In this document: piece after piece, positions 1 through 13,308 of the stretch
Layout of the letters: each line of letters opens with the position of its first letter
Numbering within the stretch: the first letter of the stretch is position 1
Assembly (NCBI RefSeq): GCF_004010195.1
Contig: NC_057755.1
Location: forward strand, 10,621,280-10,678,557
DNA length: 57,278 nucleotides
From: Chiloscyllium plagiosum
Taxonomy: Eukaryota
Direction: 5' to 3'
Translations under genes and position numbers: made by a program
The notes under the pieces: generated by a model
Told to the model about the DNA's origin: nothing
Database searches by the model: none
Seen by the model: the letters and a program-made list of their open reading frames with translations, nothing else

Positions 1-753
1 GAATGCTGAATATAGGATTAAAGACAGGATTCTTGGCAGAGTGGCGGAACAGAGGGATCTGTGTGTGCAAGTACATAGATCCCTCAAAATTGCCACCCGA
101 GTGGATAGAGTTATTAAGAAAGCATATGGTGTTTTGGCTTTCATTAACAGGGCTATCGAGTTTAAGAGCCACGAGGTTTTGCTGCAGCTCTACAAGTCCC
201 TGGTGAGACCACACTTGGAATATTGTGTCCAGTTCTGGTCACCCTATTATACGAAAGATACAGAGACTTTGGAGAGGGTGCAAAGAAGGTTTACCAGGAT
301 GCTGCCTGGACTGGAGGGCTTTCCTTATGAAGAAAGGTTGAATAAGCTTGGACCTTTCTCTCTGGAGAGAAGGAGGGAAAGAGACAACCTGATCGAAGTG
401 TACAAAATAATGAGAGGAATAGATAGAGTCAATAGCCAGAGACTTTACCCCAGGGCAGGACTGATTGGTACGAGAAGTCATAGTTTGAAGACATTAGAAG
501 ACGTTATAAAGGAGACGTCAGAGGTAGGTTCTTTACGCAGAGAGTTGTGAATGCATTGATGCGTTGCCAGTTGAGGTGGTGGAAGCAGAGTCATTTGGGA
601 CATTTAAGCGACTGCTGGACATGCACATGGATAACAGTGAGTTGAGGGGTACGTAGGTTAATTTACTATATTTTACATTAGGATTAAATCTCGGCATAAC
701 ATCGTGGACCAAAGGGCCTGTTCCGTGATGTACTTTTCTATGTTCTATGTTCT
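1..753 (+). mobile_element. CR1-clade LINE 3' portion (ORF2 C-terminus, 3' UTR, microsatellite tail)
   Basis: ORF 41..550 has typical CR1 ORF2 C-terminal motifs (LYKSLVRPHLEYCVQFWSP, LERVQRRFTRMLPG); ends in a (TTCTATG)n tail. Confidence 0.95.
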
Positions 754-806
754 GTTATCTATTCACTCTTTCAGTGCCCTTCATTACTGTATAAATCTCT
801 ATATGG

Positions 807-1412
807 TGTGACGCAGCTGCTTCATTGACAAGGTTATGCTTTTTTTTCCAGAGAGGTTGTGAACGACACAATCTATGAAAAGTCTGAGCTGGATGGGTTT
901 AGGGCCAATTTGTTTATAGCTAACAAATACTGCCTCAGGTAGGAAGATTTCACGTTTTGAAAAGAACACTTGTACAATGAAAGGGTAGTGACCAGTTCTC
1001 CCAGTTCAGCTTCTCTCTGGTTTGGTTTGGTGTTTAGCAGTACCGTGGTAAAAGCTGCTGGACCAAAGAAGCAGGCCGAAGCTGTTACACTCTCGCTGAC
1101 TTCTATCCTGTAAGAATCTGTGTTTGGTTTTAAATTTGGTGCCAAGGAGTTTGTTTTATGGGGATTGTTGCAAGCATTTGGTACAGCATCATTAAGTTGG
1201 GATGATCTGTTGGGTTTTCAGACAGTTTAAGCTATTTGATATTCAGTTTTCAATTATTTGTGTTTCATTCAGTAATCTTGTAATTAAATTCTGTTTTGTT
1301 TAAAACCAAGTGGTTTGACCAGTGACACTGTACACCTGCTTAAAGCAACTAGCAAAGTTAGGGCTGGGCTACCTTCTTGAAATTTTTGAGAGATCTGGCC
1401 TGGTCCAGCACA
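807..1412 (+). mobile_element. Solo LTR (Gypsy-type), 606 bp
   Basis: TG...CA termini with perfect 4-bp TSD ATGG (803-806, 1413-1416). The 3' end (tctggcctggtcc) is shared with the LTR at 26708-27317. Confidence 0.9.
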
Positions 1413-1432
1413 ATGGTCACCCTTCATCCTAT

Positions 1433-2064
1433 TGTCACAAAGCTGGTCCTCGTTTTCTAAGAGCTGAGCCTTGTCTCAAGGGGACTCGGTTCTTGATTTT
1501 TTTCAGAGAAGTAATAAATCCGGCCAGTCTCCGATCATGCTGGTTTGGTACAGAGATGAAAAGGATTTTGAGAGGCATTTTGTTTATATGCAAACAGATG
1601 AGACTTCAGGCCAAAGTGGTCATGTTCTAGAAGTAACCTGTATAAAGAATGGGGAGTGGTCAGCTCTCTAGCTGAGAGTTTAGTTCAGTCTAGAACTGTT
1701 GAGGAAGTTGACAGCGAGTTGTGTGGAAACTCTCTCTCTCTCTCTTTCAGCCCTTCAACGTCCACCTAAAAGCCTGTGTTCCATTTATACTGGGTTTTAA
1801 AGGGAGTTTGCTTATTAGGACTGTTGTGTACATTCAGAACAGTATAAATAGTTCTAGTTTGGATAGACTGAGTTCTGTAGGTGTTCTTTCTGTTTCATTG
1901 CGTAATTTTGTGAATGACGTTTTTGTCTGTTTTAAAATCTAGTTGTCAACCTACTTATCTTACTCCGGCTAATGTTCACTGTACACTTACCGAACAAATT
2001 GCAAAGTTATGGTCTGGGCTGCCTGCTTCAGAATGTTTTGAGTGGTCTGGCCTAGCCCATAACA
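1433..2064 (+). mobile_element. Second solo LTR (related subfamily)
   Basis: Starts TGTCACA and ends ggtctggcctagcccataaCA like the other LTRs; interrupts the CR1. TSD is imperfect (ctat/ttac). Confidence 0.75.
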
Positions 2065-3574
2065 TTACGAAGCTCCAAACAAAACAGTCCCAACCTTTTC
2101 AGCCTTTCCCTATAACTGTAACCCTTCATTGCCAGCAACATGCTTGAAAATCCTTTGTGCCCATTTTCAAGTTTAACAGAACCTTTCCCTCAGCAGGGAG
2201 ACCAAAACTGAAAGCAATATTCCAAAAATAGTCTCACCAATTTCCTGTATAGCAGTATCATAACATCCCAATTTCTACACACTATGCACCAACCAGTAAA
2301 GGCAAGCGTACTAAATGCCTTCTGCACTACCCTGTCTACCTGCAATTCCACCTTAACGGAACAATGAGCTCATACCTCAAGGTCCGTTTGTTTGACAATT
2401 CTCTCCAGGACGATACCATTAAGGGTATAATTCCTGCTTTGATTTGCCTTTCCAAAATGCAACACATCACACTGATCTAAATTAAAATCTCTCTGCTGTT
2501 TGATGCTTCATGGCTCACTCTATTCTTCCAGACTCCTGCTTGGATTCCAGTATCTGAAGTTTTTTTTTGACACCTCTGACTTTCATCCTATCTGATCAAA
2601 GTTCCATTGTACTCTGAGAAAACTTCCTTCACTGTCTGTGATCCAAGCAAGTTTGGCATCATCTGCAAACCTACTAACCATTTGCCCAATGTTCACATCC
2701 GAATAATTAACATAGACAACAAAAAGTAGTGGACCCAGCAGTGATCCTTGTGGCACACTGCTAGTCACAGGCCTCCAAGCCAAAAACAAAACTACCACCC
2801 TCTTTCACTGGCTTTCAAGCAAAGTTTGAATCCAAATAGTTAGTTCTTTCTGGATTGCATATGATCTAACTTTGCTCATCAATCTACCATGCAAAACCTT
2901 GTAAAAACTTTCTTGAAGTCCATATTCACCATGTCCACTACTCTGCCTCATTGTTGCTTCCACAAAAAAAAATACTCAATGAAGCTAGTGACACATGATT
3001 GCTCACACATCAAGTCATGTTGACTAATCGGACTTTGCATTTCCGAAGACATGAAGAAATCCCCGGGAATGTAGGGAAGTGATTACTGAGCCCCTTGCTA
3101 AGAGTTTAATTTAGATATTTGCAAAATGTTGAAATTTAGTAAAATGAACATTGGCAGGATTTATACAGTTAATGATAGGGTCTGTGTAAATCCTGTTCCT
3201 CATGTTTCCCTTCAATAATTTACCCACCATTGACGCTCAGCAGTCCTTAGTTCCCTGGCTTTTCCTTACCAATTGTTTTAAATAATGGTACCACATTCAC
3301 CACCCTTCAGTCTTCCGACATCTCTCTCAGGAAATAAGACTTTGCAAGTCACTGGGATATCCTCGTGGAGAGTATTTGGGGGCCTGTGATCATAGTTCTA
3401 TTAGTTTTAAAATTGCTGTATAAATTAGACCAGATCCAAAATTAAAATTCTAAATTGCAGTAACGCCAATGTGGATGGTATGAGGCAAGACATTTCTAAA
3501 GAAGATTGGGAGAAGCTATTTGGAGGTAAAGAGGTGGTTCGAAAGTGGTCGTATGACAATTTGATCTATTGTTA

Positions 3575-3700
3575 TAAATTCTGTGTCCTATGATCCTGCT
3601 CCACGAGTTACGTGATGAAGGAGCAGCGCTCCAAAAGGTTTTACTTCCAAATGAACCTGTTGGACTAGAACCTGGTGCTGTATAATATTTCACATTTTAC
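3575..3700 (+). mobile_element. Penelope-like element terminal fragment with decayed hammerhead core
   Basis: gtgatgaaggagcagcgctccaaaag...aacctgttggactagaacctggtg; same family as 14410-14490, 19505-19625 and 44150-44255. Confidence 0.65.
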
Positions 3701-4597
3701 AGTGGAGGTGTTGCTGGATGTCTTAAAATGCAAAAAGGTGGAGAAATTCCCAGGACCTGACCAGGTGTATTTGTAAACTTCACGGGATGCCAGGAAAATG
3801 CTTGCTGGTCCCTTTGCTGAGAGTTTAATTTTGATAAATGTGCGGTGTTGTGTTTTGATGAACAAGGGCAGGGTTTGCACACGAAATAATAAGTCCTGGG
3901 GAGAGTTGCCGGTCAGAGAAATCCAGGATTCAATTGGGTGGTTCATTGAACATTTTGCAACAGGTAGACAAGGTGATAAAGAAGGCATTTAGCATGTTTG
4001 CCTTCATTGCTCACAATACAGAGTATAGCAGTCGGGGGGTGATGTTGCAGTTGTAAACGACATTGGTAAGGCCACATTTCGAGTACTGCAAACAGTTCTG
4101 GTCACCCTGCTTTAAGAAGGAAATTATTAAACTGGAGAGGGTGCAGAAAATATTGACAAGGATGTAACTGAGAATGAAGGCTTTGACTGACAAGAAGAAG
4201 TTGGATCAACTGGGACATTTTTCTACTGGAGCTGAGAGGTTTGAGGGGTGACATTATGGGGGCTTATAAAATCATGGGAAGTATAGATAAGGTGAGTAGC
4301 AAAGATTTTTTTCCTCGGAGTAGGGGAATTCAAAAATAGAAGATGAAATGAGAAAGATTTAAAAGGAACCTGAGGGGCAACTTTCACACAGAGGGTGGTG
4401 TATATATGGAACCAGCTGCCAGAGGAAGTGGTAGATTCAGGTACAGTTATCACATTTGTAAGATATTTGGACAGGAACATGAATTGGAAAGGTTTTGAAG
4501 CATGTGAGACAAAGGCAAGCAAATAAACCAGTAGACACTGGTCAGCATGGACAGGTTGGACGGAGGGTTTATTTTCAGGCTCGATGATTCCATGATT
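3700..4597 (+). mobile_element. Degenerate, internally deleted CR1 LINE with 3' UTR
   Basis: CR1 ORF2 remnants (gagtactgcaaacagttctggtcaccctgc) and 3' UTR (tggaaccagctgccagaggaagtggtag...ggttggacggaggg). Confidence 0.85.
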
Positions 4598-4826
4598 TAA
4601 AGTAACCGTGCTACGAGTGACAGTAAAATAATACAGATGCACTGTTAGAGATTCAGGTCTGGAATGCTTTGCCTGGTAGTCGAGAAGGTTCAACTGGAAA
4701 ATTGAAGCAGCTTTCGATGATGCTTTGATGTATATGGATAAAAATGGGCAGTGATCTGGGAAAAAGGCCAGAGACAGGTACTAAGATACAGAGCTCATTG
4801 TGGCAGACAGTGTTGGATGATGTGGC

Positions 4827-5326
4827 NNNNNNNNNNNNNNNNNNNNNNNNNNNNNNNNNNNNNNNNNNNNNNNNNNNNNNNNNNNNNNNNNNNNNNNNNN
4901 NNNNNNNNNNNNNNNNNNNNNNNNNNNNNNNNNNNNNNNNNNNNNNNNNNNNNNNNNNNNNNNNNNNNNNNNNNNNNNNNNNNNNNNNNNNNNNNNNNNN
5001 NNNNNNNNNNNNNNNNNNNNNNNNNNNNNNNNNNNNNNNNNNNNNNNNNNNNNNNNNNNNNNNNNNNNNNNNNNNNNNNNNNNNNNNNNNNNNNNNNNNN
5101 NNNNNNNNNNNNNNNNNNNNNNNNNNNNNNNNNNNNNNNNNNNNNNNNNNNNNNNNNNNNNNNNNNNNNNNNNNNNNNNNNNNNNNNNNNNNNNNNNNNN
5201 NNNNNNNNNNNNNNNNNNNNNNNNNNNNNNNNNNNNNNNNNNNNNNNNNNNNNNNNNNNNNNNNNNNNNNNNNNNNNNNNNNNNNNNNNNNNNNNNNNNN
5301 NNNNNNNNNNNNNNNNNNNNNNNNNN
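4827..5326. other. Assembly gap, 500 N
   Basis: Run of exactly 500 N. Confidence 1.
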
Positions 5327-6566
5327 TACTTTATGTTTGTACTTTATGATTGTGAGAAACTAAACATTACGTTGAAGCCTGATGTCTGATTGTCACACTT
5401 GCTGGAGGAAAATGTTTCAGCGCAGCACAGTGGCATAATTTCCACATTGAACATTTTATTTCTTTTTACTGTCTAATAGCAACTCTATTTTTCTTTAACC
5501 TCATACGTACAAAACAACTGAGCCGACTCTATTGACTGAATGCTTGTAACTAACACTAATTATGATTTAATCACAGGCTGTCTGGAGAATCAAAGCTTCT
5601 ATAAATAAAGGGTTATATTCATTGCCTCAGTTGTGCACCACCTGGATGCTTCAAATCTGAAAGAATAGTTTAACCACCAGAAGATGGGACAACCAGTTAT
5701 TCTGCTGATAAGAGCCATTTATTACCCAACACTGGTGGCCATTGCTATTCCTGGTAAGCATTTCCAAATAATTTGTTCGTTGACATTTTTTGGATAATGT
5801 CAAATGATGCATTTCTTTCCTGGCAATGATTTGAGACATTATAACCCTCCTCTGTTTTTCCTTCCAGCAAACACCCTGACAATTGTGATTCTTTGCAGGG
5901 ACCCCTCCCCCTTCCAGACTAGTTTTATAATGTGCAATATTAATTATTTTGCAGCTAAAAGACTGACTGTCCATTCTGTCCATCTCTTTCCAAATCTTTT
6001 AAACTTCTATCACGTTGACTCATCTTCCTTTGATGCCCCCCCAAAAAAACAAAGTGAGGGATGATTTTTTTACTGGAATACGAACACGTGAGATGGCAAG
6101 TTTGGTTGAAAAACTAAAATGGTAGCTAATTGCAAGCAATGTGAACATTCTCAAATACCCTGAACAGCTTATAACCTACAAAATCCATGGCAGAACAACT
6201 TCCAATCTATCCCCTAACACCATCATTTTACTATTGGACAAAATAAAGATACATTGTCTTTCCCTGTCCATGAGCTAACTTTGAAATAACAGCTTCTTCT
6301 CATTTTCTCTCAATTAGGCTGAGAATTCTTTTCCCCTGAATACATGCAAAGTTGGAAACATGGATTTTTCAGTCATTAATAATTGTGACCAAACTCTAGG
6401 GGTCTCCAATTCTCAAAAAACACCCTCTTCCTCCTGTGTATTCATTACCCTGTCTGCTCTAAACAGCTGATGTGTTCCCACAGAGACTAGACTTGCTTCA
6501 GATTTCAAATAGGTGTCTTTCAAACTTACGCTGATAGGATTCAAACCTAATAAATAACTGTTCATC

Positions 6567-6770
6567 GGGTCATACAGAACGGAAGCAGACCCTTCCGTCT
6601 AACCACTGCATGCCAATCATGTTCCCAAACTAAACTCATCCCACCCTGTCTGGGCTGGGCCCATACCCTTCCAAACATTTCTTATTCATGTTCTTATCCA
6701 AATGTCTTTCAAACATTGTAACCGAACCTGCGTCCATTAAATCCTCTGGAAGTTCATTTCACACACGACC
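6567..6770 (-). mobile_element. CR1 3' UTR fragment
   Basis: Reverse complement of the CR1 tail (acggaagcagacccttccgtctaacc...). Confidence 0.75.
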
Positions 6771-6789
6771 ATTCAGTTTTAATTCTGTG

Positions 6790-7290
6790 TCAAGTTGTTG
6801 TGTGACTCTATGAGCTACAGCTAATGGTCGCTCCCCAGAATACACACTGAGACAAACATCGACTGCACCTGGAGGAGTGTCAACTCGGTGAAAGACGCTC
6901 TCTGGTCTTTCTGAAATTTGTTGGTCTTTCAGAGCTAGGAGTTGCCCCTGTCCGAGTGTTGCAGACTGGCACAGTCCAAGGTGCAGGCAACATGCTGAGG
7001 GGATGTACTAAAGCTTGGGGCAGCTACCACCAAGGCACAGTGGGGAAAGACCTCTGTCTGAGGTCATTCAGCTGAAGGGAAATGGGGGTCAGTTTAATTA
7101 ACATACCCTCCGGGTGCCTCAATATATCTAAATATAGTCTCACACAAATAAGAGATGTCTTTGGTTTGTTTACTGGATAGAGTCAAACTGCAATGTTTGT
7201 TTTACTTTCCTCATATGCTATTGTACAGAACCGAAATGCTTAAGTAACTATGTGTGTGTGTATATGGAATAAAGTATAGTTTTGAAAAAA
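6790..7290 (+). mobile_element. Tx1/L1-clade non-LTR retrotransposon 3' end
   Basis: Broken translation resembling HTETNIDC..NSVKDALW..CCRLAQSKVQ..AQWGKTSV* (Tx1-like ORF2 C-terminus); AATAAA then an A-rich end near 7268-7290. Confidence 0.75.
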
Positions 7291-8424
7291 CAAGATTTGA
7301 AACAGTGATTATCACAGAGATGGTGACGAAAATACAGCTGTGACTAACTTTGTTTGTTTGCCAAACAGAAACATGTCCTTAGTGGAGAATATAAACCAGC
7401 AGAATTTACCATCCTGCTTCAAAACAAACCAATTGCTTTAACACAAGAAGCATATGTACACAAAACACCAGAAGGCAAACTAATATTACAGATTATCCAG
7501 AGGGGTTTGTTCCGAGAATCTTGGTCTTGCTCCAGTCCTCATGTTCCAATGTGTGACATAGTCAATGTTGAAAGCTAATGAAAGCTAATAGAATTATCTG
7601 AAAGGAAACTTAATCTCATTAACTAACAGATTAGTTTCAATTGTTTTGTGCATAATTTTCTCTTACACGCTGTTTCAGTTAAACTGCAAAGTGGTTTTTG
7701 TCTCTTGTTATCTGTGACCTTTGACATTCAGTTAGTAAGTACACAAACAATGATCAATAGCTGTTAGTTAAGGATTCAGGATTAATGCAACCAAAAGACA
7801 CGGAACAATTTGCTTCACGCTCAATGTCAAGTTTTACTATAAAATGGTGGGACATTTTTACGGGTGTTTTGGGGAAGAGACCAGCATTTGATGAAAAGGT
7901 TTTGATTGAGAAGAATGTGCATGTTAAAACCGAGCTCTTAGTCATACCGTTACAGCAGGGAGCACTTGGGCTGATCTGGCTGAAGATAATCTTTATCATC
8001 TTTTGTTTTTAGAAATGTAATGACTTGCCTTTACTCAGGGTGTGTTTAGCAAACAGCTGAACCTCATTGCTCCTGATAATGAGGGATATGAAGCATTGGA
8101 AAGATTGGAATACATAAAACAAGAATCACCTTGCAGCGATAACATTTATCAGACAAAACAAAAGTCCAACCGTAAGGTCAGGTTTTGGAGTGTAACCTTT
8201 GCACTGGGGTTTGGAATGAATTGATTAAATATCACACGTTTTGTGATTCGAGGTTCTGTACAATCAGTACATTCTGCTGCAGTGGCTGCTATTAATTCCC
8301 AAGTGGTGTTTATAACATGCAAGTGAAACAGGACCCTCTTGTGGTGCAGGGGAAACGTTCCTATTCTAAAGCCAAGGGGCCTGGCTTCAAGTCTCACCGT
8401 ACCCCAGGTGGTGTGCAATTGAAT

Positions 8425-8720
8425 CTCTACTGTGTGGAAGCAGGCCATTTAGCCCATATCAAATCTCCAAAGAGCATCCCTCCCAGACCAACACCCTCCT
8501 GTATCCCCACAAGCCTGTATTTCCCACAGCTAACCCACCTAACTTGTACATCTCTGGACACTATGGGGTAATTACAGATGATCAATCCTCCGGACCAGCA
8601 CACCTTTGAATTCTGGGAGGCAACTGGAGCATCCAGAGGGAACCCAGACACCACACAAACAGCCATCCGAGTGTGGGATCAGTACCAGGTCACTGGCGCT
8701 GTGAGGCTGCAGTGCTAACC
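8425..8720 (-). mobile_element. HE1-like tRNA-derived SINE
   Basis: Minus-strand head gggtagcacagtgactcagtggttagcactgcagcctcacagcgccag with pol III A/B-box-like sequence; body shared with the other copies in the window. Confidence 0.85.
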
Positions 8721-9253
8721 ACTGAGTCACTGTGCTACCCATCACTAAACTAGTTGGTTAGAAAAATAGATTAAGTGTAAAGAATGATATGTTGCAAACA
8801 TCCAGTAAATAGCCAAGCTCTGAAACTGTGACATAAAATAGGGTTCAATAATATTTTTGTATTAATACGATGCAAACAGAAAGTCATTTATATCCAACTC
8901 TATTTCTCAGAGTGGAGATGACCTTCAGTTTGCAGTAAATAATACTGGTTACTGATAATCATCTTCCAGAAATCCTAATCGTTGATCAATTTGTTACATA
9001 TTAACTAAAGTGTATGGGTTAGGGAGAGCCATGTTATGCCCATGTTCCATGTGTACACTCAGTCAGTCGGACAGGTTTGTGTCGGGGAAGTAACATTGCA
9101 GATCTCCAGACTAATTTTCCAGCAGCAAAGTTCCACATTCCTGGATGATAAAAATTTGAATTCAACAAACCCTCATTATTTTTTTAAAAAAATACATCAG
9201 CATAGTGATGAGCATTGACGATTTTTGTAAACCTATCCGAATAATGTCCTTCA

Positions 9254-10320
9254 GTCTGAGTAAGATAAGGGCCTATGGTTTTCGAGGCAAGGTACCAGCC
9301 TGAATCCACGATTGGCAGTCTGGCAGAAAGCAGAGAGTGGGCGTAAAAAGGTCTTTCTCAGGATGGCAGCCGGCGACACGTGGTGTTCCACAGGGGTCAG
9401 TGTTGGGACCACAACGTCTCACTTTCTCCATTAACAGGCTCGACTGATGAACTGTGGGCATTCTGACTGAGTTTGTAGATGATACAGAGATAGGCAGAGG
9501 GACTGGTTAGGAGAGTGGGCAAAGAAGTGACAGATGGAATATAATGTGGGAATGTGTGATGTCATGCACTTTGGTAGGAAGAATCGAGACACCAACTATT
9601 TTCGAAATGGGGAGAAAATTCTGAAATCTGAAGTGCCAAAGGATTTGAGAGTTCTAGACCAGGTTTTGCTTATGGTAAACGAGCAGGTTGAGTTGGTAGG
9701 TAGGAATGCAAATACAATGTTGTCATTTACCTGGAGAGAACGAGAAAATAAAAACAAGGGTGTACTTCTGAGGCTTTATGAGGGTCTGGTCAGAGCACAG
9801 TTACAAAAGTTTGAGGATTTTTGGCCTCTATAACTCAGGAAGAATGTATTGATTGAGGAGCGGTCCACGAGAATGATCCCAGGAATTAAAGTTTTAACAT
9901 ATGAGGAACATTTGAGGATTCTAGGTCTATACTCGGGGTGGTTTAGAAGGACAAGGGGGTATCTAATTGAAACTTCCAGGATATTGAATGGCCTGGAGAA
10001 AGTGGATGTTTGGAAGATGATTCCCTTGGCAAGAGAAACGAGACATGAAAACACAGCCTTCAAGTAAAGGGAAGACCCTTCAGAACTGAGAGAGGGAGAA
10101 ACAAATTCAGCCAGAGAGTGGTGAATCTGTGGAATTTATTGTCATAGAAAGCTGTGGAGGTCAGCCAATGAGTATATTTTAAACAGAGCCAGGTAAGTTC
10201 TTGATTGTCAAGAAGATTAAAGGTTACAGAGAGAAAGCAGGAAAATGATGTTGAAAAATCTAATCAGCCATTATTGAATGGGCTGAATGGCCTAAATTCT
10301 GCCATTATGCAATATGGTCT
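9254..10320 (+). mobile_element. 5'-truncated CR1 LINE (second family)
   Basis: RT remnants (GVPQGSVLG; MEYNVGMCDVMHFG; LYEGLVR). Absent from the paralogous copy at ~32140. Confidence 0.9.
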
Positions 10321-11811
10321 TAGTGAAGGACATCTGCAAGCCTTATATGGTCTGGCCTATGTACGTCTCCAGACACAAAGCAATGTGGCTGAATCTAACG
10401 TGTCAACTGACCACAATGATTAATTGTAATTCATTGTAATAAACTCGTTGAATTAACTGGTATCAAAAGAGACTCCGAGATTGATCCTGAAAATCCATCA
10501 TAAACAAAGATCAGGACCTTTGCCAATGTTGGGAGACCTGTCCCACAGACACAATACAGAATAGCCTGCCATATCCATGAACACTGAATCCAACGTGACA
10601 GGCCTGTTAGCAGACACCACCATTCCTGGGTATGTTCCCACCCAGTGCCGGGACTGACCCTCCAGAGGCGAAGCCACCCCATTGTGGAATCGGGATTGAG
10701 CTGCTCAGCGATTCCTCTTTGTGGACACGGTCTCCCGTAAAATGTAATGGGCAAGGAAACCGTGTGCTTCATCTCCGGGGACATCCGGGAGTTCTCTGTT
10801 CAAATATGCCCTTCCTTCTAAGTCCTGGTTGCAGGAGTGGGATCATCCCCAGGCTATGGCAAGGGAGGAAGGCCAGGCTGCAGCAGTGGGGTAAGGCCCA
10901 GGCTGCAGTAGTGGTGTCAGGCCCAGGCAACAGCAGTGGTGTCAGGTCCAGGCATCCGCAGTGGCTTCAGGTGCATTCTGCAGCAGTGGGGTCAGACCCA
11001 GGCTGTAGCATTGGGGTCAGTACCAGGCTGCAGCAGTGGAGTCAGGCCCAGGCTGCAGCAGTGGAGTCAGGCCAGGCAGTAGCAGTGGAGTCAGGCCCAG
11101 GCTGCAGAAGTGGAGTCAGGCCCAGGCAGCAGCAGTGGAGTCAGGCCCAGGCTGCAGCAGTGGAGTCAGACCCAGGCTACAGCAGTGGTGTCAGGTCCTG
11201 GCATCTGCAGTGGCATCAGGTGCATTCTGCAGCAGTGGGGTCAGACCCAGGCTGTAGCAGTGGGGTCAGTACCAGGGAGCAGCAGTGGAGTCAGGCCCAG
11301 GCAGCATCGGTAGAGTCAGGTCCAGGCAGTAGCAGTGGAGTCAGGCCCAGGCTGCAGCAGTGGAGTCAGGCCCAGGCAGCAGCAGTGGAGTCAGGCTCAG
11401 TCTGCAGCAGTGAAGTCAGACCCAGGCTGCAGCAGTGGAGTCAGACCCAAGCTTCAGCAGTGAAGTCAGGTTCATCTGCAAAAGTGAAGTCAGGTCCAGG
11501 CTGCAGCAGTGGCGTCAGGTCCCGGCGTTAGCAGTGGAGTCAGACTAAGGCTGCAGAAATACAGTCAGGCCGTGGATGCAGCAGTAGAGTCAGGCCCTTG
11601 CTGCAGCAGTGGAGTCAGGCCCAGGCAGCAGCAGTGGCATCAGGCCCAGGCAGCAGCAGTGGAGTCAGGCCCAGGCAGCAGCAGTGGAGTCAGGCCCAGG
11701 GTGCAGCAGTGGAGTCAGGCCCAGGCTGCAGCAGTGGAGTCAGACCCAGGCAGCAGCGGTGGAGTCAGGTCCAGGCAGTAGCAGTGGAGTCAGGCCCAGG
11801 CTGCAGCATTG

Positions 11812-11937
11812 ATCTCTCCACGCTTCAGGCTCACTGTCTTTATTCCTGATGAAGGGCTTTTGCCCAAAACGTCAATTTCGCTGCTCGTTGGATGCTGCCT
11901 GAATTGCTGTGCACTTCCAGCAACACTGATCCAGAAC
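11812..11937 (+). mobile_element. Penelope-like terminal fragment inside the minisatellite
   Basis: ttcctgatgaagggcttttgcccaaaacgtc...; flanked by direct repeat ctgcagcattgat. Confidence 0.85.
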
Positions 11938-13181
11938 CTGCAGCATTGATGTCAGACACAGTATGCAGCAGTGGAGTCAGGTCCCGGCAGTAGCAGTGAG
12001 GTCAGGCCCAGGCTGCAGCAGTGCTCGTTGGATGCTGCCTGAATTGCTGTGCACTTCCAGCAACACTGATCCAGAACCTGCAGCATTGATGTCAGGCACA
12101 GTATGCAGCAGTGGAGTCAGGCCCAGGCAGTAGCAGTGGGGTCAGGCCCAGGCTGCAGCAGTGGAGTCAGACCCAAGCTGCAGCAGTCTTGACAGGCCCA
12201 GGCAGCACCAGACGAGTCAGGCCCCGGCTGCAGCAGTTGAGTCAGGCGCAGGCATCAGTGATGGAGTCAGGCCCAGGCTGTAGCAGAGGAGTCAGGCCCA
12301 GGCTGCAGCAGAGGAGTCAGGCCCAGGCAGCAGTGGTGGAGTTTGGTCCAGGCTGCAGCAGTGAAGTCAGGCCCAGGGTGCTGCAGTGGATTCAAGCCCA
12401 GGCAGTAGCGGTGGAGTCAGGCCCAGGCAGCAGCGGTGGAGTTAGTTCTCGGCTGCAGCAGTGGAGTCAGGCCCAGAATGCGGCAGTGGAGTCATGACTT
12501 GGCTGCAGCTGTAGAGTCAGGTCCAGGCTGCAGCAGTGGAGTAATGTCCAGGCAGCAGCAGTGGAGTCAGGCCCAGGCAGCAGTGGTGGAGTCAGGCCCA
12601 GGCAGTACCGGTGGAGTCAGGCCCAGGCAGCAGGAGTGGTATCAGTTCCGGGCAGCAGCAGTGGAGTCAGGCCCAGGTTGCAGCAGTAGAGTCATGTCCA
12701 GGCTGCAGTAGTGGTGACAGGCCCACGCTGTAGCTATAGAATCAGGCTGCAGCAGTGGTGTCAGGCCCAGGCAGCAGCGATGGAGTCAAGCCCAGGCTTC
12801 AGCAGTGGAGTCAGGCCCAGGCAGTAGCGGTGGAGTCAGGCTCAGGCAGCAGCGGTGGAGTCAGGCCCAGGCAGCAGCGGTGGAGTCAGGCCCAGGCTGC
12901 AGCAGTGGAGTCAGGCCCAGGCTGCAGCAGTGGTGTCAGGCCCAGGCTGCAGCGATGGAGTCAAGCCCAGGCTTCAGCAGTGGAGTCAGGCCCAGGCTGC
13001 AGCAGTGGAGTCAGGCCCAGGTAGCAGCAGCGGAGTCGGGCCCAGACTGTAGCAGTGGAGTCAGGTCCCGGCAGGAGCAGTAGAGTCAGACCAAGGCTGC
13101 CGCAGCAGAGTCAGGCTCTGTCTGCACCAGCAGTGTCAGGCCCAGGGTCCAACAGTGGAGTCAGTTCCAGGCTGCAGCATT

Positions 13182-13308
13182 GATCTCTCCACTCTTCAGG
13201 CTCACTGCCTTTATTCATGATGATGGGCTTTTTCCCAAAACGTCGATTTCGCTGCTCGTTGGATGCTGCCTGAACTGTTGTGCTATCCCAGCACCACTGA
13301 TCCAGAAC
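13182..13308 (+). mobile_element. Duplicate of the PLE fragment inside the minisatellite
   Basis: Same element, same breakpoints and same ctgcagcattgat flanks as 11812-11937. Confidence 0.85.

Larger units (their letters stand above)
756..3330 (-). mobile_element. Degenerate CR1 LINE, split by two solo LTRs and a short PLE-like tail
   Basis: Minus ORF 2583..2798 (SSVPQGSLLGPLLF..FADDAKL) is the RT core. CR1 sequence continues across 756-806, 1413-1432 and 2065 onward. Confidence 0.85.
7490..10790 (+). repeat. Older paralogous copy (copy 0) of the duplicated module
   Basis: Collinear similarity to 17300-18900 and 30670-32560, including identical gcagggagcacttgggctgatctggctgaagat. Confidence 0.85.

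Noticed and set aside
4744..5389. Long ORFs spanning N runs (also 27291-27925 and 52791-53370)
   Set aside because: Artefacts of translating through assembly gaps.
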